From Octopus vulgaris (lineage: Eukaryota): 64,000 nt of DNA. Made by a program: the position numbers and the translations under genes. The notes beneath the pieces were generated by a model, which was given only the letters and a program-made list of their open reading frames with translations, did not search any database and had not been told where the DNA came from. The first letter of the stretch is position 1. The number at the start of each line of letters is the position of its first letter. The stretch lies in the NCBI GenBank assembly GCA_951406725.2, contig OX597827.1, positions 51,026,001 to 51,090,000 on the forward strand, given 5' to 3'. This document shows positions 1 to 45,292 of the stretch, in pieces.

Positions 1-879
1 GTTTAGTCCAAAGTCACCCCTGATCAAATATATCTATGATCAATGACATTTCTGCCTTTTAAGTTGGCAGGGTGTGATTTGAGGGAATTTTGCTATTATT
101 TCTAACAAGTTAAGTGACCATGTAGATCTCCTTTATTGTAGAGACTACAGGTGATCTTGAAAGTGTTAAAAAGTGAAACTTTCCATCAGAGAAGTTGAGT
201 ATCTTTGTTGATGATGATGTCAATGGAAGATGAATGATAGAAAATATGAACTAGAGTGAAAAAAAATATACTAAGTATAGAAAACAGTGATAAATTTTAT
301 CAAAAAGATTATGCAAGACTGAGCTGGTGAATAGAAGGTGATATTAATATAGGAAAGAAATTAAAGCTGATTACTGCATTGATTTTCAGAAATATAAATG
401 AAGGTTACTGACTTTGATTAAACATTTAATCATCCTGAGCTTGCTAAGGAATAAAGAGATGCTGAATTTCTACACCTGTTGGTTGTGTTATATACACATA
501 TCCTCATGTATCTAGGAAATCTTTTCCACCAAAATACTCTGTAAAATATATAGTCCAATTAAATAACTGTAACTATCTGAATGCATTGGAAAGAGGAATG
601 GTTCTCCTTTCTTTCTTTCTTTTTTTCTAAGAATTGAATAAATAAGATTAAAATACTTGTGACATTTTAGTTCCTTCCCCCTTATTAAGTATTGCAAGAA
701 TCTTTTTCCTTTTTTTTTCTCACTTTTATTTCAATTTAACCTCAATTAAGTCTGCTTGTCTCTGTGACCTGTCGATTGACATTCTAATACATCCTACAAA
801 CTTTAAAATAAATTGTGCCATCAGCTGGGAGTATATATATCTAAGAGTAATTCTTTTTTGTCAATTTTGAATTTTTCAG

Positions 880-31802
<30,923 letters not shown>

Positions 31803-32080
31803 AGAAATGATTCTGTGATGATTAATTAAAAAACAAAAAACTAATCAGCCAGCTAAATTGACTGAGGAATACACAACAAAAACTTTTGTTACAAGGGTTC
31901 ATCAGGAAACGGAAATAAGTGCCTATATATATATGTATATAGTGAACATATACACATGCATTTATACACAAGTTCACAAATATATACACATGCATACATA
32001 TACACTCACACATATATAATCATACTTATATATAAGATGGCACATACATGTACACATGTGTGTGTACAAGCATTGTATAA

Positions 32081-32111
<31 letters not shown>

Positions 32112-32768
32112 ATTATATATATATATATAAAAGTATGTGTGTGTGTATGTGGGTGGGTGTGTCTGTGTATATAAGTGTGGCATTTGATATGAAAATTAAC
32201 ACGTGACAATGATTCAATGCATATAAATATATGTGTGTATCTCATAGATACGAAGGCTGGTATTTATATCTATCTTGATCTAGTGTAAAGATATACATGC
32301 ATAAACATCCTGTTATAATTGGCAAAGAGAAGAGACATGCACAAACACATACATACACAAATGCATACAGACTCACACACACACACACACATATATATAT
32401 ACGTGTATGTGTGTTTGTGTAAATATATATATGTATATATATATGTATATATGCATATGTAAATATACATCTGTGTTAGTACACATATACAGTTTCAACA
32501 GGCATCATGGGAAATTAAAAAAAGTAAATACATGCGTGTGCGCGTATGTATATGTATGTATGTATATATATATGTATGTATGTATGTATATGTATATATA
32601 TATGTATGTGTATTATGTGTATTATATATTTATATATATATATATTCACACACACATATGAATAAGAATCACACAAACATATATATATACAGGTATGAAT
32701 AAGGATCACACAAACTTACATATATATATATATATATACATACATTCACACACATGCAGACACACATG

Positions 32769-32809
<41 letters not shown>

Positions 32810-33571
32810 GTACATACACACATGCATATACCCACACACACACACATGCACAGACATATATATATATATACATACATGCATACCTGTGTATAAGTGTATA
32901 TAGGTAGTTAGATATATATATATATATAAATATACATACATGCATATACAGAGATAAGCTGGTTTGGAGCATGCTTGCATGCATGCATATGCATGATATT
33001 TCATTAAATTTATAGAATTTCCAATCTCATGTATAATCAATCCTTCGAATATAAGATCTGAGTCCAATTGCTATTAAATACATGTAACTCCAACTGATTG
33101 TGTTAAGTGCCACTTTCTTTCATTTGCTCACATGATAAATATGTCATGAAAAAATGGTTGTACATGGTACAATTATTGTCAAACACAAAACTCAATACCA
33201 ACATATTTGTGATCAGCCTGCAACTAGAAAGAATCTTTAACAGATACATTTAACGTGTGTGTGTGTCTGTGTCTGTGTGTGTCTGTGTGTTTGTGTGTAT
33301 ATTCATATATACATGTATATAAAATTATATGGTTATAAACACACGCAGAAAGGGTTATAATCCAGTACTCCCCATTAATGTTTAATACTATAGACTGCAG
33401 CATATCGTCCTGTGTAAATTTGCATTATTTTTTTAATCTTTGTCCAAAGATTTATGGATAGGAGATTATATACACTTTTTGTACATGTATACCTTTGTGA
33501 CTCCTATCCCATAATGAGACACACACATACACACATATATTCATATTTATGTACATTTCATCACATGTACA

Positions 33572-33610
<39 letters not shown>

Positions 33611-33992
33611 TTATGTGTGTGTGGTGAAGTGGAGTCTCTCTCTCTCTCCCTCTCTCTCCCTCTTTCAATCTACCTATGTATGTACAATTATCTTAAAATA
33701 TCAAGCTACTCAAATTTACATAACTCAATGCTGCGATATGCATAACTCAATGCTGCAATCACATGAGAATTTCACAATCAGTTAATTGTTAAATACCTCT
33801 GATTTGTTTCACTCTTGATACAAGCTCCTTATACAAGGTAGTAGATTTAATATTAACACACAAAAAAAAAAATCATACATTTTTGTATCAATAAAATATG
33901 TATAAATACACATCATCATCATTTCAATGACTTCTTTTCCCATGCTACCATGGATGCACTGTCATTATCATTTGCTTTTATATATATACATA

Positions 33993-34040
<48 letters not shown>

Positions 34041-34404
34041 CAATAAAATAAAAGATGCACAAGAAGTTGTTAATAGCTTCAAATCATCTATAAATTAGTT
34101 ATACAGAAGTGAGCATAAAAATATATATATTTATCCCCCCAATTAAACATGGATTTTCTTTTAGAACAAACTATACTGCAGAAGATGCAATGAGAGAAGT
34201 TTCCTATTGACTTTTGGTGCAAAAATGCACTCTTGTTCATATCACTAATGGGGAGATAAATCCATGCCATCTTCCAGCACTGAGAACACCAGTGATATAT
34301 AGAAAAAAACAAAACAGTGTCAGAACAGACAGTGGTGGTGCAATTAAACCTGTGGGCTTGCTAAAAAAATACTGTTAGTATTGTTAATACTGCTTCTGTT
34401 GCTA

Positions 34405-34492
<88 letters not shown>

Positions 34493-35056
34493 GTATGTAT
34501 GTATTTAAGATATATATATATATATATATATATATGAAAGAAAAACAGGAAAATCAGAAAAGTTAGAGTTTATAGTAATTCTTTACTGATATGTGAAGAA
34601 TTACTATGAACTCTCACTTTTATTGTATTTTCATTAGCTCAAACTGTTACATTGCCTATAGCCAACTCTTGTTTACTTGGATTCTGTCTCCCTTCATTCA
34701 ATCTTGGATGCTAGGTTTCTGATCTGCTCTGAACACTAAGTGTCTGTATCTATATCCGATATTTTGATGTATTGACATCATGAGATGTTTGTAAATGAAC
34801 ATCAACATCATACAAGGGATGTTATGTCATTCATTTGCAGTTGTGACAAGCATGTGTGACCGTGGAGAGATATTACTTTGCTTAGAAACAAGTGAAGGTT
34901 GACAACAGGTAGGACATATGGCTATAGAATATCTGGCTCAACAAATTCACTCCGAACCATGCAAGCATAGAAAAGTGGATGTTAAAACACCAATGATAGA
35001 TAGATAGAGAGAGATAGATAGATAGATAAACAGAAAGACATATATATATATTTCAA

Positions 35057-35098
<42 letters not shown>

Positions 35099-35170
35099 AG
35101 TATGTATGTATGTATGTATGTATGTATGTATGTATATGTGTGTGTATATATATGTATATATATGTATGTA

Positions 35171-35216
<46 letters not shown>

Positions 35217-35546
35217 TATACACACATACACAAACACACACATACATATACTTAATATATACAGCTAATTGTATTTTAAGCAATCCACAAATACATATGT
35301 ATTTCTAAGCATGTATGTATAAATATATTTTTATATGTGTTATGTATGTAGATACACACACACACACAACAACAACAACAACAACAACAGCAACAACATG
35401 CATGCAAAACAAAAGAAAAGAGCACTCAATACACAGTCAGGAGTTTCTAAATAAGCAGGTGGTGATTCGCTCTTACATTACTCAAGACTAACTGAATTTT
35501 ACTTGTGTGAGCAAAACACTGAGTGATGCTAGTATCACCAACTGAT

Positions 35547-35585
<39 letters not shown>

Positions 35586-38274
35586 ACCACACATACACAC
35601 ACATGCATACACAGACATACACATATATATATCTATATATATATATATATATACAGATACACACACGCACACATGTATATATATATACACATGAATTTAC
35701 ATATGTATGCATGTATGTATGTGTCAATGTGCATACCTGTGCACATATACACATATATGATCAGAAAATTATCAAGTGATGCAAAAGAAGATGTTATAGT
35801 AACAAGGACTTTTAAAGTGTGCCATACATGAAATGTAATCACTTTTGATATAATTCCATTGAAATAGACTTACATCAATCCATATATTTCCTTTCATGAA
35901 AAGAAAGAGGGAAACTTTGTGTTGTCTCTTGTGATTTTTTTTTATTTACTTTTTTTTTTTTTTTCTTTTTTTTAATTTTAATCCTAGAATCACATTTGTT
36001 TTGCCTATTTCAAATTATAGAATATTCCAGATTGAAAGAATGTAAAACATCACAGTGAAAATTGAATAGAAGAATATTTGCTTCGAGGAAGTGAATCAAG
36101 AAAATCAGAATATTTTTCAGAAAAAGATTATTATATGTAATGTCTACGACAGGATTAGAGTTTGAGAGTTAGAAAAAGAGAAAAAATGACTGAATAATGC
36201 TTCTTGGTTTTGTTTTTTGTTTTGTTTTTTTCTTTTTGTTAATGTATTTTGAAAGAAAAGTGATTAAACTATTTTATTTCATGTATATAAATTTATTATA
36301 GAAGTCTATGCTTGGATATAAATTCATCTCATTTGTACAACAGAACACATTTACAAAAATACATAATTTCCCATAATGTGTATATTGCCATACATATACA
36401 CATAACAATGGATATGATTAATGGTAAAGAAAATTGCTGCTAATTTTCTAACTTATTAGGAAACAAACTGAGGTTTGTTGTGATCTTTTTATTTTTTATT
36501 TAATTTCACTTTTGCGTTTTTTTAAAAGATAGCAAAGTATTGGTGTGTGGAAGAAGGAAAATACCACATACTTTCTATCAATACAATACATAGATGCATT
36601 TATGTATATATGGCTATATATGTATGTATATTCACAAATGCACATATGAATGTGTTTATTACACACACATACACACACACACTGTTAGCAACCCAGATTA
36701 CTTTCAACTCTTCCCAACTTTGTGCCTACAATTGTGAATGAGTGGAATTTCATCCCCACATTTTATTTAAGTTTCATGAACACTGGTGTGAATCTATCCA
36801 GTTTCCCTTTGGTAGAATCTTTGACTGATTTTCCCCTTTAGTAACCATTGTATTGATAAAGACATGCAAAGACATTTGAAGTTAGATACATGCATACGCA
36901 GATGTATTCAATACAAATATTTATAAGCATATGTGACTGTCACTAAAGAAATGTTTAAAACTTCCTTTGTGAACAGGCATTTTTGCATGCTTATACCTGT
37001 ATGTGAACATGTGTGTTTGTGTGTATGTGTGTGTGTGTGTGTATGGAACTGTAACTTTAAGACATGTTATTACTACTCTATAAACTTACATTAACGTAGT
37101 CAATGTGTTTGATTTTAAAATTATGCAACATCTGAAGACTATTCTCTCTCTTTTAACCAATTACATCACTAAGATTATTTTTATTTATATCCTCACTGTT
37201 AACTAAGATCTCCCCACTCTCCTCTCACCAGGAGCAGCATTCACTGTCAAATACAATTCAATTTTTTATGCAATATTATATGCAACTTTTTACCATCTTT
37301 TTTACATGCACTTTTTTAATGAAAATCAAACATATATTTCATCAATTCTACATATATTTTTTTTTTCTTTTACTATTATTTTACAAAGCAATTCCTGTAA
37401 TATTTTCAAACTGTTTTTAATTGAAACTAGACTGAAATTGTGACTAGCTTCTATTTGTTATAACTGGACACCATTTGTTGTACATGAAAATCATTATATT
37501 TATTTGCAGTCTTTATTGTTTTCATCTACTAGGGACAACGGATTTAATTTCAGTTTAATTTTTTAAGTATAAGGGAAAAATTAAAACATAATGTAAATAA
37601 TTAATGTTGGATTAAGATTACTCCTGCTTTTTATTTAAACTATTTTAGAAAACATTCTATTTGGGAACAGATTAAATGGAATACGTTCAAATCCAGCATA
37701 TAAACTGAAGACAGCTGTAGTCTCTGACCACTGCTAATGGTCACTTGTAAACCATTTGTCACAATTTACAGGTGTTGGAGAAGAAACAAGGAAACCTGGT
37801 TCCCAGATTTTATATACATCAAAGTCAAAATGAGCAATGTGTTCATTTTAGACATATAGATATAAACATCTATGTGTTCCCAAATTATAAATGAATGATT
37901 CATAAATGAGTGTGTGTGTATCTGATAGACAGATGGAAGTGTTCATTTAGCACATTTGGGGGAAAATATTCAATATCACATCTTTGAGATATCAAAAAAA
38001 TAATCGATGGAAAATATATTGATGTGTGCATCCAACACATAAACATATACTGATATATTTGTGTGAAAATTATGATTTTCATTTCCATGCTCCATCATTT
38101 TATTTTAATGTATGATATATTAATGTACAAAGACACACAGACATACACACGTGCAAACATACACACATACATATACAGGCATGTGTGTGTTTGTTTTTAT
38201 GTATATGTGGATATACACGCACGCACACACCTACATGTATACAAGTGTGTGCGTGTGCATGTATGTGCGTGTGT

Positions 38275-38316
<42 letters not shown>

Positions 38317-38454
38317 ACAGTACCACACTATATCCTTAACACAAAAACCAATTCAAGATATTCTGTGCAGCTTCTGCAAACAGCTTGTTGGCACAAACCC
38401 TCTTTGCATAGTTGACAACTGATGCATTACATAAACTCCGGAAATAATAATAAT

Positions 38455-38508
<54 letters not shown>

Positions 38509-39372
38509 GCATATTTAATTTTTTTTTTTAAGAAAGGTAAAATTTAATCTTATTTTAATTTTCCTTGCAATGGCTTAGCTTTGGTAACAATCACACTGAG
38601 TTTATTTGGAATTTTTTCTGTTTTCTTATTTTTATCTTCTGTCTTTTTACCATGAAGGGAAATGAATGATAAACGATTTTGCCGTTTTTTTTAATGATAC
38701 TCTGAAAAAATATTAGATGGCTGTGTTGAAATAGTTTTGATGTCAGCATAGATACTTTCAAAATTACTATAATTATCGAGTAACCATTCATTCTGACAAC
38801 TAAGAAATTTGAAATATTCATTTTATTGTTGATATTTCACTTGGAAAGGATAGTAATGACTGATTTATAAAATAGCAGTAAGTACAAGAGTACCTCTAGC
38901 TGGCCACTCAGTCTGCTGGAAGTAACAATCAAATAATCAAATATCCCTCAAATCCCATCCTTCCGTTTTTTTGTTTTTTTTTAAATGGACATGGATACTT
39001 GTAATCTGAACATAAGACAAGATGGTTATGGCAGAAGTATATTAGATCTTAGGTCTCATTAATGGCTGAGTCGGGGCTAAACAAAAAAACAATTGCAATA
39101 ATGACAAATGTAATAGTACCTCACAAACATCTAAAAGTGTTATACTTAGCATTGGGTAAATGGTATCATGATATAAATACACAATGAGAAGTATGGCACT
39201 GTATAACAGAAAAGCAGCTGGGATGCTTATAATACAGTAACATGTTATTATAATATAGTAGAATATACCATGGTATATCAGTATATTATAGTATATTATG
39301 ACAATAATGCCATGTGTAATGACAACAATGGCACTTATTGTAACAATATGTTTGTGTGTGTGTGCGTGTGCA

Positions 39373-39409
<37 letters not shown>

Positions 39410-40029
39410 GTGTGTGTGTTTTATAAGGTGTGAAGCCAGTGGTTAGCCTTATGCTTTTATGGTTTGATTCCTGGTGTTCTTGAGCAAGACACTTCATTTC
39501 AAATTGCTGTAGTTGACTCAGTTTTAGAATGAGTACCAGTACAGAACCCTTCTCTTCTTTCAACTATTATATCCTGGATACTCCACTGGTACGAGAAGGG
39601 GACACTGGAAAGAATATCTGTGTCTGCTCCTAAATGCATAAAACATTCAAAGCAATCAGTGAAAGCACAGTACATGATAACCGCCATAAAACAGAATCCA
39701 AATCTATTTCTTATCCTCAAAGTAAAACTATGAAGATCTACAAACTTTGAAGATGGCTCAAGAAACTTTATTGTTCCAAACTGCAAAGAATTGATACAAA
39801 AATATATTAAAATCAGAAATAAATAAAGATAAAGAAATGAAATATGAATAAAATATATACTGTGATTGTACTTTACCAGTAACCAGGTATAAACCATCCA
39901 TTTTATTATTTAATAACACACACACTCACACACACACACACAGACACAACACATATATATGTATGTGTATATATATATATATATTTATATGTATGTGTGT
40001 ATATATATATATATATATGTGTGCATATG

Positions 40030-40121
<92 letters not shown>

Positions 40122-40206
40122 TATGTGTTGTGTATGTGTATTATCAATGGATGGTTTATACCTGGTTACTGGTAAAGCACAATCACTTTCACAGTGTTCA
40201 TTATGC

Positions 40207-41902
40207 ATTTGGTTAATGAGAGATAGAAGATGGAAGATACTAGAATTTTTATTAATCACTACAACTGTTTCAATCCATCTAGCATTGATCCCTCATGGGT
40301 GGGATACTTAACAACTGGTCCAGCATCCAACAATGCAGATGTGTCTCTTCAGGTGATAAATAACAGTTCCACAATGTATCTTCTCAGTTCGTGTAAAGAA
40401 AAGCAGCAAATTAAAAGATATAGCTTCATTTATGTAGAAGATCAACATTAAAATAATAGATACAAAAAAGAAATGAACATACAATACAGCGAAAAATGTA
40501 TTAAATATATATTAACAGATATGGATGTATAAATACCCTCACATAGGTTATATGGCACATGTATGCTCACTCATACAAGCATCCACAACAGAGATGTAAA
40601 TATATACATACATATGTTTGCATCACAAGTTAAATAGCTACTTGGTGTTTATAAGACAAATGTTTCCCTAAATCAAATAGATACCATACTATTTTTAATA
40701 GATACACCATGAAGGTATCTTACACTAACTCTTTTAATTTAGAGCAGGATATATGCACCACATAAACAATAGTAAAATGAAACAACACTTCAATAACCCA
40801 CCTACTGGAACTAACAAATAAATGCATCAAAATACCAACAAAGGAGATGTAAACCTCAATGAAAAGCACCAAATTTGGCCAAATCATGATAGTAGAAAGG
40901 ATTGTGATGTAGCTAACATGGTAACAGCGTCACAAAATGAACTCAGAACTACCATATATACAAATAAATATAATAAATGCTCATGCAGAGAAAAATCAAA
41001 ATGCCCATTGATGAACCACTGTATGAGTACAAATCTTGTATATAAATGTACCGTGCACACAAGAGGAGGGTCATATGCTTACATTGAGGCAATAGCTGAT
41101 TCATTCAAGAATTGTTATCACAACCATATTGCAAGCTTCAAGAAAATCAATAAGAGACATTCAACAGCTTGGCCAATTTTGTGCGGCAACTTAAGGAAGA
41201 TAAAATTAAGTATAACATAACTTGGTCCATAGTAAGGCACTCAAAACCATATAATATCATTTCCAGGTGTTGCTCCAAGGAATCGCTGTCTATTGTGTGG
41301 ACCAATAAGAAGATCATTAATAGAATTTCTGAAAGACTCTCAAGATACTTACTTGCATATAAATGCATTTTTGCACAATGCAGTGGTAATGAATTTGAGT
41401 AACTGTTAACATAATTCACCTTAAGGTATGGATGAATTAAATTTAGCTTTAACCTCCCCATTGTTATAAATACTAAGTAACTACTTAACTCATTATGTGA
41501 ACATATGTGCACCAAACCACACATTTGTATGCTTACATCTTCATGGATGCTTGTATGAGCAAATGTACATGCATACAATCTATGTGAGGGCATTTATACA
41601 TCCATATCCATTAATGGTTATATTTGATACTTTCTTTGCTGTATTGCATGTTCGTTTCTTTTTTGTATCTGTTATTTTATTATTGATCGTCTATATAAAT
41701 GAAAGTGTATCCCTTAATTTGCTGCTTTTCTTTATACGAACAAGTTATATCTATTTATCACCCAAAGAGACACTGCTGCACTCTAAGATGCTCTTGAACC
41801 AGTTGTTAAGTATCCCACCTGTGTGGGATCGATGCTAGATGTATAGAAACAATTGTAGTAATTAATAAAATTCTCATATCTTCCGTCTCTCATTAGCCAA
41901 AT
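40207..41902 (+). mobile_element. Penelope-like element remnant (Naiad-type GIY-YIG endonuclease) flanked by inverted ~450-bp pseudo-LTRs
   Basis: ORFs 40822-41220 and 41169-41402 give CSCREKSKCPLMNHC...VYKCTV...YIE...FKNCYHNHIASF...ST/LANFV.QLKE..I.Y.I.WSI....KPY. Segments 40207-40659 and 41461-41902 are diverged reverse complements. Confidence 0.8.
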
Positions 41903-42010
41903 ATATACACACACACACACATATATATAAATGAATATCTATATGACACACACACACACACATGCACACATATATAAACATTCATATTTATACAGAGAAT
42001 GTCAGAAAAG

Positions 42011-42056
<46 letters not shown>

Positions 42057-44442
42057 TGACTGCAACGACCAGCAAGTTACAGCAATGGCACATGTTTATA
42101 GCAATATTTTATTGGTGTTGTTTTTTTTCCTTTATTTTTGCAGTTGAAGTTTCTAACATTTCACCCCAAATTATAGGATGAGTTTCCAAAAATATTTCAG
42201 AAAACAAAAAAAACTCTTGATAAAATTAGAACAAGTCTGTTTGATCTTTTCGAATATATTTTCTGCTGGAGGTGATTAGTCATTAAAATGTCAATTTGGA
42301 GAAAAATAAAGGCATGATGCTAACTAATAGTTAATTATAATTAACTGACAATTAATTATTATTCTAAAGGTTATATATTATAAACTATTGCATTATCTTG
42401 CAACTGGAAAACCACTAAAGAATTTGTATTTTGATCCACTAGATTCTAAAATGAATTGACTAACTGTTATTTAGCATACACTAGATTATAAGTAGGAGAT
42501 GCTGGAATGGTTTTACATTGTTTTATCAAATCTACAGAAGGATTTCAACTCAGATTAATTCAAGCTGATGAAACACTTCCATTTTTTATTGTGTTTTAGC
42601 CATCACAGTCAAGACAATACTGGCGCACTACTTGTTTCTGCTGCTTTGCACCCTTGCTTGCTGAGGCTGGTCATCTCAGGTTAGTGGTCCCAGGGACATC
42701 ATCATGCATAGAGCCAACCAAGTCCACCAGTGTTCTCCATCACTGATGTTGCCATGGCAGCATCTCTGCATCCACCACTATGTTGTTTTTAATCCTGAGT
42801 TCATCTTCACAGCAAACCTGTGAAGGTATCAGGACTGTGTCAGTAAGAGTTAAGTAACTTTAATACATACACAGTACAACAGTGATTCTCACATGGTGCT
42901 GCAATAGATGGAGCTTCAATGCACCATGAAAATATCATCATCATCATCATAATCATCATCATATAACATCTATTTTCCATTCTGGCATGGGTTGGACAGT
43001 TTGACCAGAGCTGGTAAGGCCAGGCCTTGCACCAGGCTCCATTGTCAGTTCTAGCATGGTTCCTATGGCTGGATGCCCTTCCTAATACCAACCTCTCCAC
43101 AGAGTATACTGGGTACCTTTTATGTGGCACCAGCACTGGTGCCTTTAATGCAACACCAGCACGAGTGCTTTTTATGTGGCAGCAGCATGGGTAACAATTC
43201 TGCTGTGGTAGTACAGCAAGGCACTAGATATCACAGTCCTTTGTGAACAGCAAGGCACCACAAATTATATTTCAAAAATGCAAACAGAAATTCTAAGCAT
43301 AAAGTCTTAATAACTACACTTCAATTAGTGAATTATCAAATTCATAGTTAATAATTCTCTGTTGCATAAAGTATTTAAATTTATTGGTTAAATCATAAAA
43401 TTATCCATTTCTAACAGTTTTTTGGCTTTGTGCATAAAATGCACCAAAATATTTTTTATTTGCTTAGCATCCACTTGTGTACAACTTAAAAAAAAGAACT
43501 ATGTAAAGGAAATGGTTATCAGTATGTAAAGTTTCTCTACTAACAAACTTTATCATGATACATAGTAAACATCAGATTTTTAAAACATTTTGTTTGTGAT
43601 GGTATTTTGCTTGACAGCATAACGAATATCAAAAATGAAAAAGAAAGAAGTGGTGGTAGCATTCACCAGACACCCCATGCATAGTGTTCTACATATTTAG
43701 AAAATATGTTAATCAAAACAGCTAACAATATCTGAGAGGCACTATATTGTTGAATATATATATTTATTATAGGAATGTATTTCTATTGCATTTTATATAC
43801 CAACACACACACACACACAATGTTTACACATTCATACACATAAGTATATTTATGTATGTATATACACAATATTATATATATATATATATATATGTACCAT
43901 ATAAAATATATAATAGGTGCATGTCAGGCAGTGTGGTTGAGCAGCTTCCTTTCATGTTCAGTTCTTCAGCATGGCACCTTGGCAATTGTCTTCTACTATA
44001 GCCCTGGGCCAGCCAAAGCCGTGTGATTGGATTTGAAGATGAAAATGTGTGTGTGTGAGCATGTATATGCATATCTGTGAGTGTGTGCATGCATGTGTGT
44101 GTACTTTGTCACGACATCATGTGATGATTGTAAAAGAACATCACCATCATACAAGTGATGTTGCTTATTTCCAGTCTTCAGTGAGAATCATTAATAACCA
44201 TGGGGGAAATATTACCTTGCTTGAAAACAGATGAAACTTGGCAACAAAAAGAGCAATCAGTTGTAAAATATCTACCTCAATGGATTCTATCTGATCTAGA
44301 CAAGTAGGAAAACGTGGACATTGAAATGATGTTGACTACGATATAAATATTTATGTGCACACACACACACACATATATATATATATTCATACCTATATAA
44401 GTGTATACATATATATATGTGTGTGTGTGCATACATGTATAT

Positions 44443-44528
<86 letters not shown>

Positions 44529-45129
44529 TGTGTATATATATAGATATATGTATATATTTATATCTATGTGAATGTATACATATGTCTGTATACATGTATG
44601 TGTACGTATATATATATATATATATATATCAGCCTTAACATCTAACTTCCTTTTTACCATGCTGGCATGAGTTCGACTGTTTGACAAAAACTGACAAGGC
44701 AATTGGACTGCATTAAGTTCCTATATCTACTTTGGCATGGTTGCTACAGCTGGATACTCTTCCTAATGCCAACCAATTTACAGAGTTAGGGTTTCTTTTC
44801 AGCAGCAGTAAGTAATCCTCAGACAATTCCTCTAAACTGTATGAAGTATATTATTGAGTGATGTGAAAGTATGAAAGGGAAACAGGAACAAGTGTCTTGC
44901 TGAAGGAGTAAATACATGTCTTTCCCTTCTACACACTAGAATAGAGACAAAGGAACACAACCAGTAACACAACAGCAAGGCCATTATCCAGTCCATGAAA
45001 GATGACTTCATGCATTGCACATCTCTCAAGCTCTCCCACCTTCCAAAGTGCAGCCAATCTTTTTTGAATGAGACAAAATAGATCAAGTGGTTTGTTTTTA
45101 ATGAAAGAAGAGAACTGGTATGATTGTTG

Positions 45130-45292
45130 GCAAATTAAGGGATACAGCTTCATTTATATAGACGATCAATAATAAAATAGCAGATACAAAAAAGAAACGA
45201 AGATGCAATACGGCAAAGAAAGTATCAAATATAACCATTAATGGATATGGATGTATAAATGCCCTCGCATAGATTGTATGGTGCATGTACAT
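45130..45292 (-). mobile_element. Solo fragment of the same Penelope-like pseudo-LTR
   Basis: Near-identical reverse complement of 41563-41722. ORFs 45098(-) and 41497(+) share RAFIHPYPLMVIFDTFFAVLH.RFFFVS.ILLLIVYINE. Confidence 0.85.

Noticed and set aside
31803-38500. Long 3'UTR and polyadenylation signals (e.g. AATAAA near 33890 and 34042)
   Set aside because: AATAAA is frequent by chance in this AT-rich DNA. The transcript end cannot be placed without RNA data.
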